Shown piece by piece: positions 36,425 to 52,015 of a stretch of 64,000 bases of DNA. The position numbers were made by a program, and so were the translations under genes. Position 1 is the stretch's first letter. Each line of letters starts with the position of its first letter. This DNA comes from Octopus sinensis (lineage: Eukaryota), in assembly GCF_006345805.1 (NCBI RefSeq), contig NC_043005.1:51584001-51648000 (forward strand), read 5' to 3'. The notes below the pieces were generated by a model, which saw only the letters and a program-made list of their open reading frames with translations, was not told the DNA's origin and made no database searches.

Positions 36425-36606
36425 TGACCGCGTGTGTACCGTTGGCGATTTTTTTCCTCCGTCTTCCCTTCTTTGGATCTTTCCTTTTCCTATGTTTCTG
36501 ACGAAGAACTCCGCTCGAAACGTCAAAGCCTCCTTCTTTCCCGAGCGTCCAATAATACTATACTTGTTCCACGTCCTCGCGTTGTTGTGTTTTCATGTTT
36601 GGATTA

Positions 36607-36611
<5 letters not shown>
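36425..36611 (+). mobile_element. Short TA-flanked element with a minimal hammerhead motif (Penelope-like terminal repeat)
   Basis: 36494-36528 reads GTTT CTGACGA A GAAC TCC GCTC GAAA C GTC AAAG: intact CUGANGA/GAAA core and GUC triplet. Confidence 0.75.
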
Positions 36612-36646
<35 letters not shown>

Positions 36647-39492
36647 TACGTATGTATGTATGTATGTATGTATGTATGTATGTATGTATGTATGTATGTA
36701 TGTATGTATGTATGTATGTATGTATGTATGTATGATATGTCTGGTTACCTAGACAACCAAGCTACTATCCGTATGTCAAGACAAGCACCCCCCCACTACA
36801 AGCACGTGTGTACTATAAAGTCTGTAGACTCACCAACAATTTGAACTTAACTGATCTCATCTGAAAACGTACACTTTTTCACTTTTTCTCGATGTTGCTG
36901 GGGTCGGGAACGACGATGGCGGTGATAGTGGTGGTGCTGTCGATGGCGGTGGTAACAGTTAGAGCCGGTGACGTCAGCATTACTTTTACATTAACGTTTG
37001 TTATTGGTGTTACTACTGCGAGCTGTTTTTTTGTTTTTCTCATGAAAAACAAAATATTCACGCTTGACATCTATTTAAAATTTAATAAGGGGTCACAGAC
37101 CAATAGCGGGGGAAACTGGAGGAGTAAATAATGAAAGACAACAACATTGAAAAAATAAGTCAACGAAAATCGAAATAAATATTACTGTATGCATGTATAT
37201 ATTATGTATGCAGTATGTGTCTATGAATGTATATACATTTGTGCGTGTGTGTGTGTGTGTGTGTGTGTATGAATGAATGTGTGTTTACGTATGGATACAT
37301 GTACGTATGCATGCATGTATGCAGGCATAGGCATCTATGTATGCATATATGTATACGCGTGTGCGCGTTGATGAGTGTGTATAAAATGTATATAATGTGC
37401 GCATGCATGTGCCTATGCGTGTGTATTTTTTGTGTACACATGCATATTCACACATAAACACATATATGAGCATGTTGTGTATATGTGGATACATATGCAT
37501 GTATATATATATACATACATACATACATTCATACATACATACACACATATAATAAAACAAAGTGTATGTATCAAGAGACGAAAAAAGTTTCGAAAGTTTC
37601 CCCTTTTACTTTCGGTTTCACTTTCGGTTTCACTCGAGGTTTCCCCATTTACCTTCGGTTTTAATTGGGGTTTCCCCTTTTATGACAATGTTTGATGAAG
37701 ATGTTTGATGGAAATGTTTCATGACATATTCTGATGAAAATGTCAGATGTTTTATGAAAATGTTTGATGAAGTTGTCTGATAATAATGTTTGATGAAAAT
37801 GTTTGATACGAAGTCTATGACTTTTGAGAGTAATATGTAAATATTAAATCTTAATATCCACTAATTGAAAAATACCTTTTTTTAAAAAGATTAATTGAAT
37901 CTTTACCTTTTGACCGGTAGATTTAGAAAATAATTTTTTGTAACTAAACACTTTCAAACTTTGTATACTGGTAGAATGTGTCATATAAAACATCTTTTAC
38001 TCTTAGCGTTTTTGAGAAAAGTTTATGTTTACGAAGTTATTTCGTGTTAAAGTTCTCGTATTTCGGTAATTTCAACGAATCAATGACGTATATTCAGCTG
38101 AATAAAATTACTGCTGTTGTTTGTCAACAACAAATTCCGGCGGTGTATATTTCGTTTGTCGCTGTTATTTATGACATCGTTTGAGTTTAACTTAAGTTCT
38201 TCTAAAGAGAGTTCAAGCCGGTCGCTAACAAAGAAACAAGACATTTTAGTTAAGAGACTTCCCGGTGTTTGTAAATATGTGGTTGAGTTGGTGTGTTGGA
38301 TGAACTGTCGATGCACACGCCCAAGAGTGTGCATCTATTCATCTAAAGAATCTCGGATGTAGAATCTTTGGAATGTCTCACATATCTTCACTGTGCCGTT
38401 AATAGATTGGATTTGGAGAATCGACGTCAGTTTCTTTTGCACCTTCTTCGAAAAACCTAATATTGCTAGGTTTTTGTTTAAATTTGTTGCTTCATAGCGT
38501 AATGTACCAGTAATATTAGGTACAGATGAGAATTTATAGTCAGTCTGGGTACGAGAGCTGTAAGTCGTACATTAATTCTCTATAAATGTTCTTTTGTAGG
38601 GTAGGATTCGTGACAGACGAACTGTAGACAGAAACTTCGCTGCGGGCTAGCTAGGAAGTTGGTCAGCAGCAAAACAAAAGGGACTTCCGGTAGGAGAAGG
38701 AAAACAAAAGAATGTCAACAGTGAGTGGGAAAAAATTTGAGTGAATTAAACAGAAATAACTGGCGACTTAAGACCTGATGTACGTAAAGTAATAAACCTT
38801 TGATAAATGTATTCTCGTCTCCACTAGTTTGTTTGCGTATAGCTTAAACAAAGCTATACTTTTATTCCTGGACTTTTGATGGTACATTCACATCCGCTGG
38901 ACAGCTGACCTCTGCAATAGTGCATGACTTTTGTTCACTGTCCCATAGAACAATATCAGGTCTGTTGTGTTTGCACCGAACTGCTGTTTTCATTGGAGCT
39001 TTCACCAGTATTTCTATGTATGTATGTATGTATGAATGTATGTATGTATGTATGTATGTATGTATGTATGTATGTATGTATGCATGCATGCATGTATGTA
39101 TGTTTCTATGTTTGTCTGTCTGTATGTATGTATGTATGTATAGGCGTAGGAGTGGCTGTGTGGTAAGTAGCTTGCTTACCAACCACATGGTTCCGGGTTC
39201 AGTCCCACTGCGTGGCATCTTGGGTAAGTGTCTTCTACTATAGTCTCGGACCGACCAAAGCCTTCTGAGTGGATTTGGTAAACGGAAGCTGAAAGAAACC
39301 CGTCGTATATATGTATATATATGTATGTGTGTATATGTTTGTGTGTCTGTGTTTGTCCCCCCAACATCGCTTGACAACCGATGCTGGTGTGTTTACGCCG
39401 AAAGAGACCGATAGAATAAATTCTAGGCTTACAAAGAATAAGTCCTGTGTAAAATAGTATTACCTAAATAAATGGAATGTGGTTATCTAGAT

Positions 39493-40098
39493 CAGTGCTT
39501 CTCAAACTGTCTGTTGTGGCGTACTGGCAGTTTTTTTTCCAGTGTGCCAGAGACCGGTAATATTTCTTAGTAATATTAATCTATACCGGAAACAGTATAT
39601 ACAAAGAATATAATAAAAGCTGACAATTTTTTAAATCTTATATTTATTTTGTAAACAAACAATACATTATTACACAAGTATTTTGTGGAGGCACATGGCC
39701 TAGTGGTTAGAGCAGCGGACTCATAGTCGAGGGATCGCGGGTTCGAATCTCAGACCGGGCGATGCGAAACACCTAAACTCCACGCGGCTCCGGCAGAAGG
39801 TAATGGCGAACTTCTGCTGACTCTTTCGCCACGACTTTCTCTCACTCTTTCCTTCTGCATCTTGCAGCTTACCTGCGACGGACCGGCGTCCCGTCCAGGT
39901 GGGGAACCTATCACCAAGGAAACCGGGAAACCGGCCCTTATGAGCCAGGCGTGGTTCGAGAAGTAACAACATAAGCATTTTATAAGCATTTTATACGCAT
40001 TTTATAATGTTTCTTTCTTTTCTGGAAACCCACCGCGTACCGACAGCTGATCGCTCGAGGACCGGAACCGGTCCGTGGACCACCACTTTGCAGCATTG
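39493..40098. mobile_element. hAT non-autonomous element with a nested SINE
   Basis: Termini CAGTGCTTCTCAAA / TTTGCAGCATTG; perfect 8-bp TSD ATCTAGAT (39485-92, 40099-106). SINE C2 is nested at ~39685-39970. Confidence 0.85.
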
Positions 40099-40479
40099 AT
40101 CTAGATAACTTATCGCAGAATCATTATGTTCACACAGAACCCATTTCGTACTACTTGAACGTAGGTACGATAGAAAACCAACACACGTTGCACTAACATC
40201 GTAACCAATACGGTCGACCAACAATATCAACTGCTCTAGACAGTTCACACAGTTCTTTATTTATTGAAATCCGTTAATCCACTCTCAGTCACGTATGGGT
40301 ACGAGAATTCTCTCATAATAGTATGTGTGTGTGTGTGTGTGAATAAATCCGGCAACTTGATGACTTAAAATGTCGACAGATACTGAATGAAAGCAAATAA
40401 ATGCAGAAATTATTAATTAAGGGGCTGGAACGTGTGTCATTGGTGCACGGCAGCTGATCACATTTGATGTCATCTTCCC

Positions 40480-40872
40480 TCCTAATCATCATCATCATCA
40501 TCATCATCATCATTACCACCAATCCCACATCACCATAATCATCATCGTCAACATCATCATCATCGTCATCATCATTACCACCACAATAACCATTACCATC
40601 ACCATCATCTTCACGCCGACGCCCACCAGGACCACAAAGACAACGTCGACCACCACCACCACCACCACCACAACAACCAGCACCACTACAACCACCACAA
40701 CCGCTATCACTACCGCCACCACTATCATCACCGCCACCACTATCATCATCACCACCACCACCACCACCACACCACCACCACCACCACCACCACCACCACC
40801 ACCACCACCACCATCATCGTCATCATCATCATTATAATCCTCATCGTCGTCATCGTCCTCGTATCGTCCTCG

Positions 40873-40903
<31 letters not shown>

Positions 40904-40980
40904 TATCATCATCATCATCCTCCCCTCGTCATCGTCAAAACATTTACCGCTGCTGCTACCACCACCACCACCACCACCAC

Positions 40981-41015
<35 letters not shown>

Positions 41016-41908
41016 CCCTCCTATTCAACATTTTTTTACAACCACCTCCACAACCCTCACTATCACCAACACCATCACCATTATCTTTATCATCACGATC
41101 ATACATGATCGTGATCAGTATCATCATCAAAACATCACCAAAATCACCACCACCACCACCACCACCACCACCATCAGCATCATCACCATCATCTGCCCCA
41201 ATACTATTTATTCTCACATCAACTAAGGTTGTACTATTTATTCATCAATTTCATGTCATCACTATCATCGTTACTATTAATCATCATCATCATCATCATC
41301 ACCACCGCCACCGCCACCATCATCATCATCATCATCATCATCACCACCATCCACCCACACCACCATCATATCATCATCATCATCATCATCACCACCACCA
41401 CCTCCCACCATCATCATCATCATCATCATCTCATCATCAACCACCACCACCATCATCATCATCACCACCACCACCCCATCATCATCATCATCATCATCAT
41501 CACCACCACCACCACCACCCATCATCATCATCATCATCATCTTCATCACCACCACCACCATCCATCATCACCACCACCCACCACCACCATCATCATCATC
41601 ATCATCATCACCACCACCACCAACCACCATCATCCATCATCATCATCATCTTCATCATCACACCACCACCATCATCATCACCACCGCCACCCGCCCCATC
41701 ATCATCATCATCATCATCATCACCACCACCACCACCACCATCCATCATCATCATCATCATCTTCATCACCACCACCACCATCATCATCATCACCACACCA
41801 CACCACCATCATCATCATCACATCACATCACTGCCACCACCACCACCACCGCCATCATCATCATCAATCATCATCATCGACCACCACCTACCCCACCAAC
41901 CATTCCAC

Positions 41909-41943
<35 letters not shown>

Positions 41944-42137
41944 ATCACCACCACCACACACACCACCATCCACCACCACCACCATCCACATCATCATCAT
42001 CATCATCCATCATCATCATCACCACCACCACCACCAACCATCATCATCAAACCATACTCATCATCATATCATCATCACCACCACCACACACCATCATCAT
42101 CATCATCATCAGCTTCATCACATCACCACCACACCAC

Positions 42138-42169
<32 letters not shown>

Positions 42170-42616
42170 CCACCACCACCACCACCGCCATCATCATCAT
42201 CATCATCATCATCATCACCACCACCACCACCACCACCACCATCACCATCATCATCATCATCATCATCATCATCACCACCACCACCACCACCACCATCACC
42301 ATCACCATCATCATCATCACCATCACCATCATCATCACCATCATCATCATCACCATCACCATCATCCATCATCATCATTATCAATCAACCACCACCACCG
42401 CCACCATCACATCTCATCATCATCATCATCATCATCATCATCAATCATCAACCCAACCAAACAAAACCGCCACCATCATCATCATCATCATCATCATCTC
42501 ATCACCACCACACCACCACCATCATCATCATCATCATCATCTTCATCACCACCACCACCAATCATCATCATCACCACCACCACCACCATCACATCATCAT
42601 CATCATCATCACCACC

Positions 42617-42650
<34 letters not shown>

Positions 42651-42803
42651 TCTTCATCACCACCACCACCATCATCAATCACCACCACCACCACCACCAC
42701 ATCATCATCATCATCATCATCACACACCACCACCACCACCACCACCGCTACCATCATCATCATCATCATCATCATCACCACCACCAACCACCACCACCAT
42801 CAC

Positions 42804-42835
<32 letters not shown>

Positions 42836-43410
42836 CCCCCACCACGCCACCATCATCATCAGCATCACATCATCATCATCACCAACCACCACCACCACCA
42901 TCATCATCATCACCACCACCACCACCATCATCACATCATCATCATCAGCACCACCACACACCACCACCATCATCATCATCATCATCATCTCATCACACAC
43001 CACCAATCAACCACCACCACCACCACCACATCATCATCATCATCATCTCATCATCCCCACCACCACACCACACATCATCACATCATCACAACACACCAGC
43101 ACCACCACACCATCATCAATCACCACCGCACGCCACCATCATCATCATCATCATCATCATCACCACCACCACCACCACCATCATCAGCATCATCATCATC
43201 TTCATCACCAACCACCACCATCATCATCATCACCACCACCACCACCATCATCAATCATCATCATCATCACCACCACCCCACCACCGCCATCATCATCATC
43301 ATCTAGCATCATCATCACCCACCACACCACCACACTCACCATCATCATCATCACATCATCCTCATCATCATCATCATCACCACCACCACCACCACCACCA
43401 CCACCACCAG

Positions 43411-43445
<35 letters not shown>

Positions 43446-43492
43446 CCACCACCACCGCCACCATCATCATCATCATCATCATCATCATCACC

Positions 43493-43526
<34 letters not shown>

Positions 43527-43791
43527 TCTTCATCACACCAACCACCACCAATCATCAGTGCATCATATCATCAGCATCATCACACCACCACCACCACCGC
43601 CATCATCATCATCATCAGAATCATCATCACCACCACCACACACCACCATCACCATCATCATCATCATCTCATCATCATCACCACCACCACCCACCACCAT
43701 CACCATCACCATCATCATCATCACCATCACCATCATCATCACCATCATCATCATCACCATCACCATCATCATCATCATCATTATCATCACC

Positions 43792-43846
<55 letters not shown>

Positions 43847-43862
43847 CCACCACCACCGCCAC

Positions 43863-43894
<32 letters not shown>

Positions 43895-43896
43895 CC

Positions 43897-43930
<34 letters not shown>

Positions 43931-43962
43931 TCTTCATCACCACCACCACCATCATCATCATC

Positions 43963-43996
<34 letters not shown>

Positions 43997-44003
43997 TCAT
44001 CAC

Positions 44004-44037
<34 letters not shown>

Positions 44038-44338
44038 TCTCATCACCACCACCACCACATCATCATCACCACCACCACCACCCACCACATCATCTCATCA
44101 TCATCATCACCAACCACCACCACCACCGCCATCATCATCATCATCATCATCATCATCACCACCAACCACCACCACCACCACCATCACCATCATCATCATC
44201 ATCATCATCATCATCACCACCACCACCGCCACCATCATCATCATCTCATCATCATCATCATCACCACCCCACCACCACCATCATCATCAATCATCATCAT
44301 CATCTTCATCACCACCACCACCATCATCATCATCACCC

Positions 44339-44372
<34 letters not shown>

Positions 44373-44431
44373 TCATCACCACCACCACCAACCGCCACCA
44401 TCATCATCATCATCATCATCATCATCACACC

Positions 44432-44465
<34 letters not shown>

Positions 44466-44497
44466 TCTTCATCACCACCACCACCATCATCATCATC

Positions 44498-44531
<34 letters not shown>

Positions 44532-44539
44532 TCATCACC

Positions 44540-44573
<34 letters not shown>

Positions 44574-44609
44574 TCTTCATCACCACCACCACCATCATCA
44601 TCATCACCA

Positions 44610-44653
<44 letters not shown>

Positions 44654-44785
44654 CCACCACCACCACCACCGCCATCATCATCATCATCATCATCATCATC
44701 ACCACCACCACCACCACCACCACCACCACCACCACATCATCATCATCATCATCATCATCACCACCACCACCACCACCACCATCAC

Positions 44786-44820
<35 letters not shown>

Positions 44821-44834
44821 CCACCAACACCACC

Positions 44835-44868
<34 letters not shown>

Positions 44869-44930
44869 TCATCATATCATCATCATCATCATCATCATCA
44901 TCTTAATCACTATTATCATGATGTTCATAA
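40480..44930. repeat. ~4.4-kb (CAT)n/(CAC)n mosaic microsatellite
   Basis: Directly visible. Almost G-free on the + strand; produces the 733-, 1225- and 486-aa poly-His/Pro/Ser/Ile/Thr ORFs. Confidence 0.97.
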
Positions 44931-45229
44931 CCATCACATACCACCACGTTCGACTCAATCACCAGTTTCATGGCGTCTACATAGCACCAAAAGAACCAGC
45001 TTTTTTCACCATCGATGAAACAGTTTCTATGCGGGTCACTCGATCTGCTAGAAATAGCAGCCCAACTTACTACATATCCCACGCTTCCGTGTTAAAGGAG
45101 ACACGTGGGGGTGGGATATGAGTTTCCCTGTGTATAAGACGAAAAAGAAACAAACAAACAAAAAATATGGGATGGTCACGCTGGAAAGCCTTTGATTATG
45201 AGTCTCTGTTCGGTCTGGGTTGACCTGGG

Positions 45230-45720
45230 ACTAGACAACAGCTAAAACCACCAGCAGCAGCGGCAGCAGTAGCTGCGGCAAAATCATCCCCACCACCACT
45301 ACCACCACAGCCACCACCAACACTACCACAGCCTCCACCACCAACACCACCACTACCACCACCACTACCACCACCACTACCACCACCACTACCACCACCA
45401 CCACCAAAACCACCACCAAAGCCACCACCACCGCCGCCGCCGCCACCACCACCACCACCACCACCACCACCACCCACCACCACGAATTCCACGAACAACA
45501 ACAATAGTAGTACCAGCAGGAACAGCCGCACCACCACCAACAACAACAACAAACACAATAAAATCACCAAAATAACCATCGCCATCAAAGCCACAAGTAC
45601 CACCGACACACCACTAACACCACCAGCATCAGACCCTCTATCACCAACCTCACCTCACCACCCCCATTCACCACCACCACCACCACCACCACCACCACCC
45701 GCCACTAGCCCCGCCATCAC
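45230..45720. repeat. (CAC/CAA/CCG)n low-complexity tract
   Basis: Directly visible. Confidence 0.9.
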
Positions 45721-45849
45721 CTCCTTCACTCTCTGCTATATAAGGTCACGGCTGCTTTCGATAGTTCTTTGATAATGTCGTCTGTTCTGTTTTTCAGATT
45801 TTATTTTTTAACTGCTGTCACTTATGATTCATGCCAGTGTATGTAAGTG

Positions 45850-45908
<59 letters not shown>

Positions 45909-47539
45909 CGTATATATGTACGTATGTTTACATATATATATATATATATATCTATATGTATATATATATACATATCTGTATACATACGACACACACATAT
46001 ACATACATACACACTTAGACACATACACATTATAAGTGTATGTATGTCTGCATATAATATATATATATACGTATATACACATGCACGCACACATGCAGAT
46101 ACAGATATAACGTATATCACATTTATCTCTCTTTATACACACTTTAAATCGCCACCCCTCTTTGCCTCCTCTACTTCGCTCTTTCTATATATAAATTTAT
46201 ACAAACTCTTACACACTAGCATACACATACATACACATACATACACATACACAAATACACTCGCGCATATTTATAACTAATCTATATTCATACGCATACA
46301 TACATACATACACACACTTATGCCTACATACATACATACACACAAACAGCAACACACACACGGGCGCGCATATTTAATATATACATACATCAATGGTGAT
46401 AATGTAATATAGATTAAACATCAATATAGAAAACAGTTATACTCATTTACTAATTAGTATATGATTGAAATTAGAAGGCGCCATGTTCTGCGATATTTTT
46501 CAACGAAGTCAGCCATATTGTGATCAAAGCTGGCACAGAGAAGAATACAGGAAGGCTTCAGTGATAGATCATCGTATGTAATAGATGTTGTTCGTTTAAC
46601 CATGGGTCAGGCTGAGTGAGTACTCCTATGGTCAAAGACGTCCCATCTTTTATTCATGTATAATATACATAGAGCGGGACTTCTTTTCTGAAATATATAT
46701 GCTCAGTTGACTTTTTTGAATCGTGTTTTGAATGAGATTTTGGCTACTATTTTTGGCAAGTCGAGATATCAACGAGTGACTCCTTCATTGATTGTGTCGT
46801 TGTAGTTTAGATATCTGATGGAAGACGTCCCAGCTGTGACTTTGCCATCTTTTATTCAGACATTCACACAACATAAATAGATAAAAAAAAACCCAAAAAC
46901 ATATATGCATGCATTCATGCATTATTATACATACATTAAGGCGGCGAGCTGGCAGAAACGTTAGCACGCCGAGCGAAATGCATAGCCGTATTTCGTCTGC
47001 CGTTACGTTCTGAGTTCAAATTCCGCCGAGGTCGACTTTGCCAGTACTAGTTACGCACTGGGGTCGATATAATCGACTTAATCAGTTTGTCTGTCCTTGT
47101 TTGTCCTCCCTGTATTTAGCCCCTTGTGGGTAGTAAAGAAATAGGTATATCGTCTGTCTTTACGTTCTGAGTTCAAATTCCGCCGAGGTCGACTTTGCCT
47201 TTCATTTTTTCGGAGTCGATGAATTAAGTACCAGTCAATCTAATACTGGAGTCGATCTAATCGACTGGTCCCCTCCCCAAAAGTTTCGGGCCTTGTGCCT
47301 AGAGCAGAAAAGATTATTATACATACATTATATATAGAGGCGCAATGGCCTAGTGGTAGGGCAGCGGACTTGCGGCGGAGGATCGCGTTTCGATTCCAGA
47401 CCGGGCGTTTGTGTGTTTTATTGAGCGAAAAAAACCCTAAAGCTCCACGAGCTCCGGCAGGAGGTGGTGACCCCTGCTGTACCTTTCACCACTCTAAAGG
47501 CGGTCTCCAGCATGGCCGCATCAAGACTGAAACAATTAC

Positions 47540-47581
<42 letters not shown>

Positions 47582-48020
47582 CAATCTGTCAGTTTGTCTG
47601 TCAGTCTGTCTGTCTGCCCGTCTGCCTGTATGTGTGTATGTATATATATATATATATGTACATACACACGCACACATATATATATATATCAAGGCGGCGA
47701 GCTGGTAGAAACGTTAGCACGCCGGGCGAAATTCGTAGCCGTATTTCGTCTGTCGTTACGTTCCGAGTTCAAATTCCGCCGAGGTCGACTTTGCCTTTCA
47801 TCCTTTCGGGGTCGATAAATTAAGTACCAGTTACGCACTGGGGTCGATGTAGTCGACTTAATCCCTTTGTCTGTCCTTGTTTGTCCCCTCTGTGTTTAGC
47901 CCCTTGTGGGTAGTAAAGAAATATATATATATATCAATACATACACACACATACATAGATACATACATACACACACACATATACATACATATATATTATA
48001 TATGTATATATATATATATA

Positions 48021-48078
<58 letters not shown>

Positions 48079-48129
48079 ATATATATATATATATATATAC
48101 TTAGATACATGGATACTTAGATAAACTTC

Positions 48130-48425
48130 GGCCAAAATTAGCCCAGGGCCATATCTAACTTATAGCTCCACCTGGAAGACATTTAATGATGTTCCATATT
48201 ATCATCCCTTTTTGAGCACTATAGCCCTTTCGAGCAAAGAGTTATTGTTTGCGCAGGTGTATCTAGGTGTAGGTGGTTTATCTGCAGTTTATTTGAGATT
48301 TTCCTCCAGGAGCAGTTTGAATGTAATGAGATCTTTATCTTCTCTTATGTTTGTTGGTATGATGTTAAAGAGAACAGGGCCAGTTGAGGTGAAATAGTTC
48401 TGTCTTAATGTTGTGGTGTGCAGTG
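48130..48425 (-). mobile_element. CR1-like LINE 3' end fragment
   Basis: Minus-strand frame NYFTSTGPVLFNIIPTNIREDKDLITFKLLLEENL resembles the CR1 ORF2 C-terminus (F..RGP.LFN.LP..IR....L..FK..L). Confidence 0.55.
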
Positions 48426-48552
48426 GCCCAGCAATAAAATTTGCTAAGAGGGTGCAAAGCCCAGGTCCTAATTTTTTTTTTATTGAAAAATGTGAATTTT
48501 TCCAATGTTAACATTTAAACAAATGCAAGTATAATAATAATATTTATTATTA

Positions 48553-48746
48553 TGAGGGTCGGCTGAAATGTTCATAATCTGAGCAAGACACTCTCAATGG
48601 AATGTGACCAAATGAAGTTCATTTTCTAACATAGTTCCTCTTACTGTCCACACACTTCCATAAGTAGTTGCAGTGCTTGGATCGCACTGGTAAAGAAGCT
48701 TTTCTGTTGATCAAAATGGTCATCAACAACAGATAGGATGTTCTCA
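48553..48746 (-). mobile_element. Single end of a second mariner element
   Basis: TA|TGAGGGTCGGCTGAAA TIR-like end. The minus strand shows a decayed transposase C-terminus (SFFTSAIQAL...). Confidence 0.55.
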
Positions 48747-50188
48747 TATATGTATATATATATATATATGGTGATGGTGATGGTGACCCCCTTCGGTCAG
48801 ACACTGACCATGGGTTTGCACCTAGAGAGTTACCCTCTGAGGCACAAGTCTGGGCAAGGTTGTTTTATGGAAGACCAGCAGTCGCCCATGCATACCGGCC
48901 TCCCCTCTCCACTCTCCACCACCATGTTGTCCAAGGGAAAGGCAAGGGCCGATACAGCTTGGCACCTGTGACGTCGCAACTCATTTCTACAGCTGAGTGA
49001 ACTGGAGCAGCGTGAAATAAAGTGTCTTGCTCAAGAACACAACACGCAGCCCGGTCCGGATGCAACTGTGCGTCGTTAACCAGCTAGCGATGTCCTCTTG
49101 GGTTTAAAAAATCACAGTAGAGTTAAAGTGGCTATGAATATTATATATATATATGACTTATCACGCCCTATGTATTGAGTTCTTGCTTTTGCAAATGTCT
49201 TCTTTGTATTACCAAACACACTCATGCACACACACAGATACACACACATACATACACACGCACACGCATGCGCGTACACACATACTCTCTCACACACACA
49301 TATCTTGAACTACAACTACAATGTATAATTGTTTTTTTTTTCCAAGATATTAGGTTGTGATCTGAAAGATAATTTTGGATATTATTTCTAACAGTCTACT
49401 CAACATCTTTCGAGTGTTCTCGTTGACTGTTTGCTTCGTCTTAGACTGGAGATTGCCTCCCACCGACCTTGAATTGAGGCTACCTATATATGGTACAAGC
49501 TTTATTGAAAGTCTTAATAGAAAAATAAGAAAAAAAAAAATAACGAACAGAGACTAAATAACAGAAAGCAAAATGAAACCGAAACCAAAACGCCAATTTC
49601 ATGTCTTAAAGAACTGTCTTTGGCAGATTGGTAATATTATCTACCAAAAGACTGGCAATGTTCCACCATAGTTCGTTTCTGAGCCGGTGTTGCATGTTTT
49701 ATTCAAAGTTGACTCCATTTTAAACGTTCTTTACAGACTTGTTAGAAAAAAAAAAAACAAAAAAACTCAAACAAAAAACAAAAACCCCCAAAACGAGAAA
49801 AAAAAAATTGTTTTTCTCTTTTGCTATGCTTCTTTTTGAAACGTTTCTTCTATATTGTGTGAAAAATGGCAACAGATTTGTTCTCTACTGTCTTATCTTC
49901 CTGTATTTTACATTATCGATATATCAGGAATTCATTTTGCAAAAGAATACAAAAAAAAAAAAGAAAAAAAATTAAGAAAAAAGAAGAAAGAGAAAAAAAG
50001 TCAAAAACGTGTACTAACGTCACCTAGTGGAAAAGATGTAAATTAGCGGCGAGCCAAGTCCGAGAATCTGTTTTCATTTTGAGTTATCGAGTTCGATCAA
50101 TTTCACTGCACTGGTGTCATAAATATCGTAGGAAAAGACAGCGATGACTAATTTCAAATATTCCTCCTTCCTATTATTATTATTATTA

Positions 50189-50237
<49 letters not shown>

Positions 50238-51032
50238 CGCGTAGAAAATTGTAGACTTCTTGCCAAGAAACAAGTTCTCAGTAAACAACTTGCAAAATAA
50301 TGAAGTCGGTTTCGTTGAATTGGGCTTCAAATACAACACAGTAATAATGAAGTCTTTTGTGATGGTTCATGACTCAATAGTTCAGCTGCTTACTGATCGT
50401 GTCCACCTAGAGAGATGGACTAAATCATTAGTTCTCATTCTTTTTTTTTTTTAATTATATCCGGGTCAGATTCAAAACCTGGATTTTTTTCGGGGGCAGC
50501 ACGAAAAAAGAAAAAAAAAAGTATTATATTCACAGAGGGAAGACTGTCGAGGGCCACGGTTGAGAACTGTTAGATTAAATCAAACAACGAGCAGCTTAAC
50601 CGGTTCATTCGTCCAGCATCCCACAAGGATGTTGGACGGCATGGACTTGCCTCTACAGGTGCTGACCTGCAGGGCCAATGACTTCTCCTGCTTAATTCTT
50701 TTTTCCTTCCGCTGCCACCTTAGTACCGATAACCTACCTCAGTGTGTTTGGTGTCCGACACTGTTTCCGGTTCGGTCTTATCATTTCAGTTAGAGATGTT
50801 TCATACTTTAATGATTTTGCAATATGAAGCTTTTATCTTTTACTTATTTCAGTCATTAGTCTGCAGCCATGTTGGGGCTCTGCTTTGAGGAATTTTTAGT
50901 CGAACGATTTTTCTTTAAAGCCTGGTACTTATTTTATGGGTCTCATTTGCAGAACCGCTTAGTTTCAGGGACGTAACACAGCATCACTGGTTGTCAAGCA
51001 GTGGTGGTGGACAAACACAAAGACACATGGTG

Positions 51033-51065
<33 letters not shown>

Positions 51066-51319
51066 TAGATATATATATATATATATATATATATATCTTT
51101 TACTCTTTTACTTGTTTCAGTCATTTGACTGCGGCCATGCTGGAGCACCGCCTTTAGTCGAGCAAATCGACCCCGGGACTTATTCTTTGTAATCCCAGTA
51201 CTTATTCTATCGGTCTTTTTTGCCGAACCGCTAAGTGACGGGGACGTAAACACACCAGCATCGGTTGTCAAGCAATGCTAGAGGGACAAACACAGACACA
51301 CCAACACACACACACACAC

Positions 51320-51359
<40 letters not shown>

Positions 51360-51557
51360 CATATATACGACAGGCTTCTTTCAGTTTCCGTCTACCAAAT
51401 CCACTCACAAGGCATTGGTCGGCCCGGGGCTATAGCAGAAGACACTTGCCCAAGATGCCACGCAGTGGGACTGAACCCGGAACCATGTGGTTGGTAAGCA
51501 AGCTACTTACCACACAGCAGCCTCTCTGCGCCATATATATATATATTTAAGTATGTA

Positions 51558-51605
<48 letters not shown>

Positions 51606-52015
51606 TACATACGTACACATACACACACATAGTGTATATCGAGCTTCTTTCAGTTTCCGTTTACCGAATCCACTCACAAGGCTTTGGTCGGCCGAGCGCT
51701 ATAGTAGAAGATACTTTCCCAAGGTGTTACGCAGTGGGACTGAACCCCAAATCATGTGGTTGGGAAGCAAACTTCTTAACACACAGCCAGTGAGCATTTC
51801 TCCTGCATAAAACATTGACAGAAGAACCGGTTTTAACGTCCAACAGTCCCTTTGCAACTTCTTTTGCCGTTACTGCATTTCTTTCCATTCTTTAGAATCT
51901 TTCCTGTCACCGCGAAGAAGGGTGATTCATTCTATTGTAGGACTTTGCAGTTAAAGCTAAGATAAAAATTCCAGAACTAGGAAAACCCGAGGAAAGTAGT
52001 GGGCAATCCTTCGGT

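Noticed and set aside
41105-45018. 733-, 1225- and 486-aa His/Pro/Ser-rich ORFs (possible His-rich structural protein)
   Set aside because: Pure CAT/CAC repeats lack stops in several frames by construction. Frames switch constantly, and there is no signal peptide, splice context or Gly-His motif.
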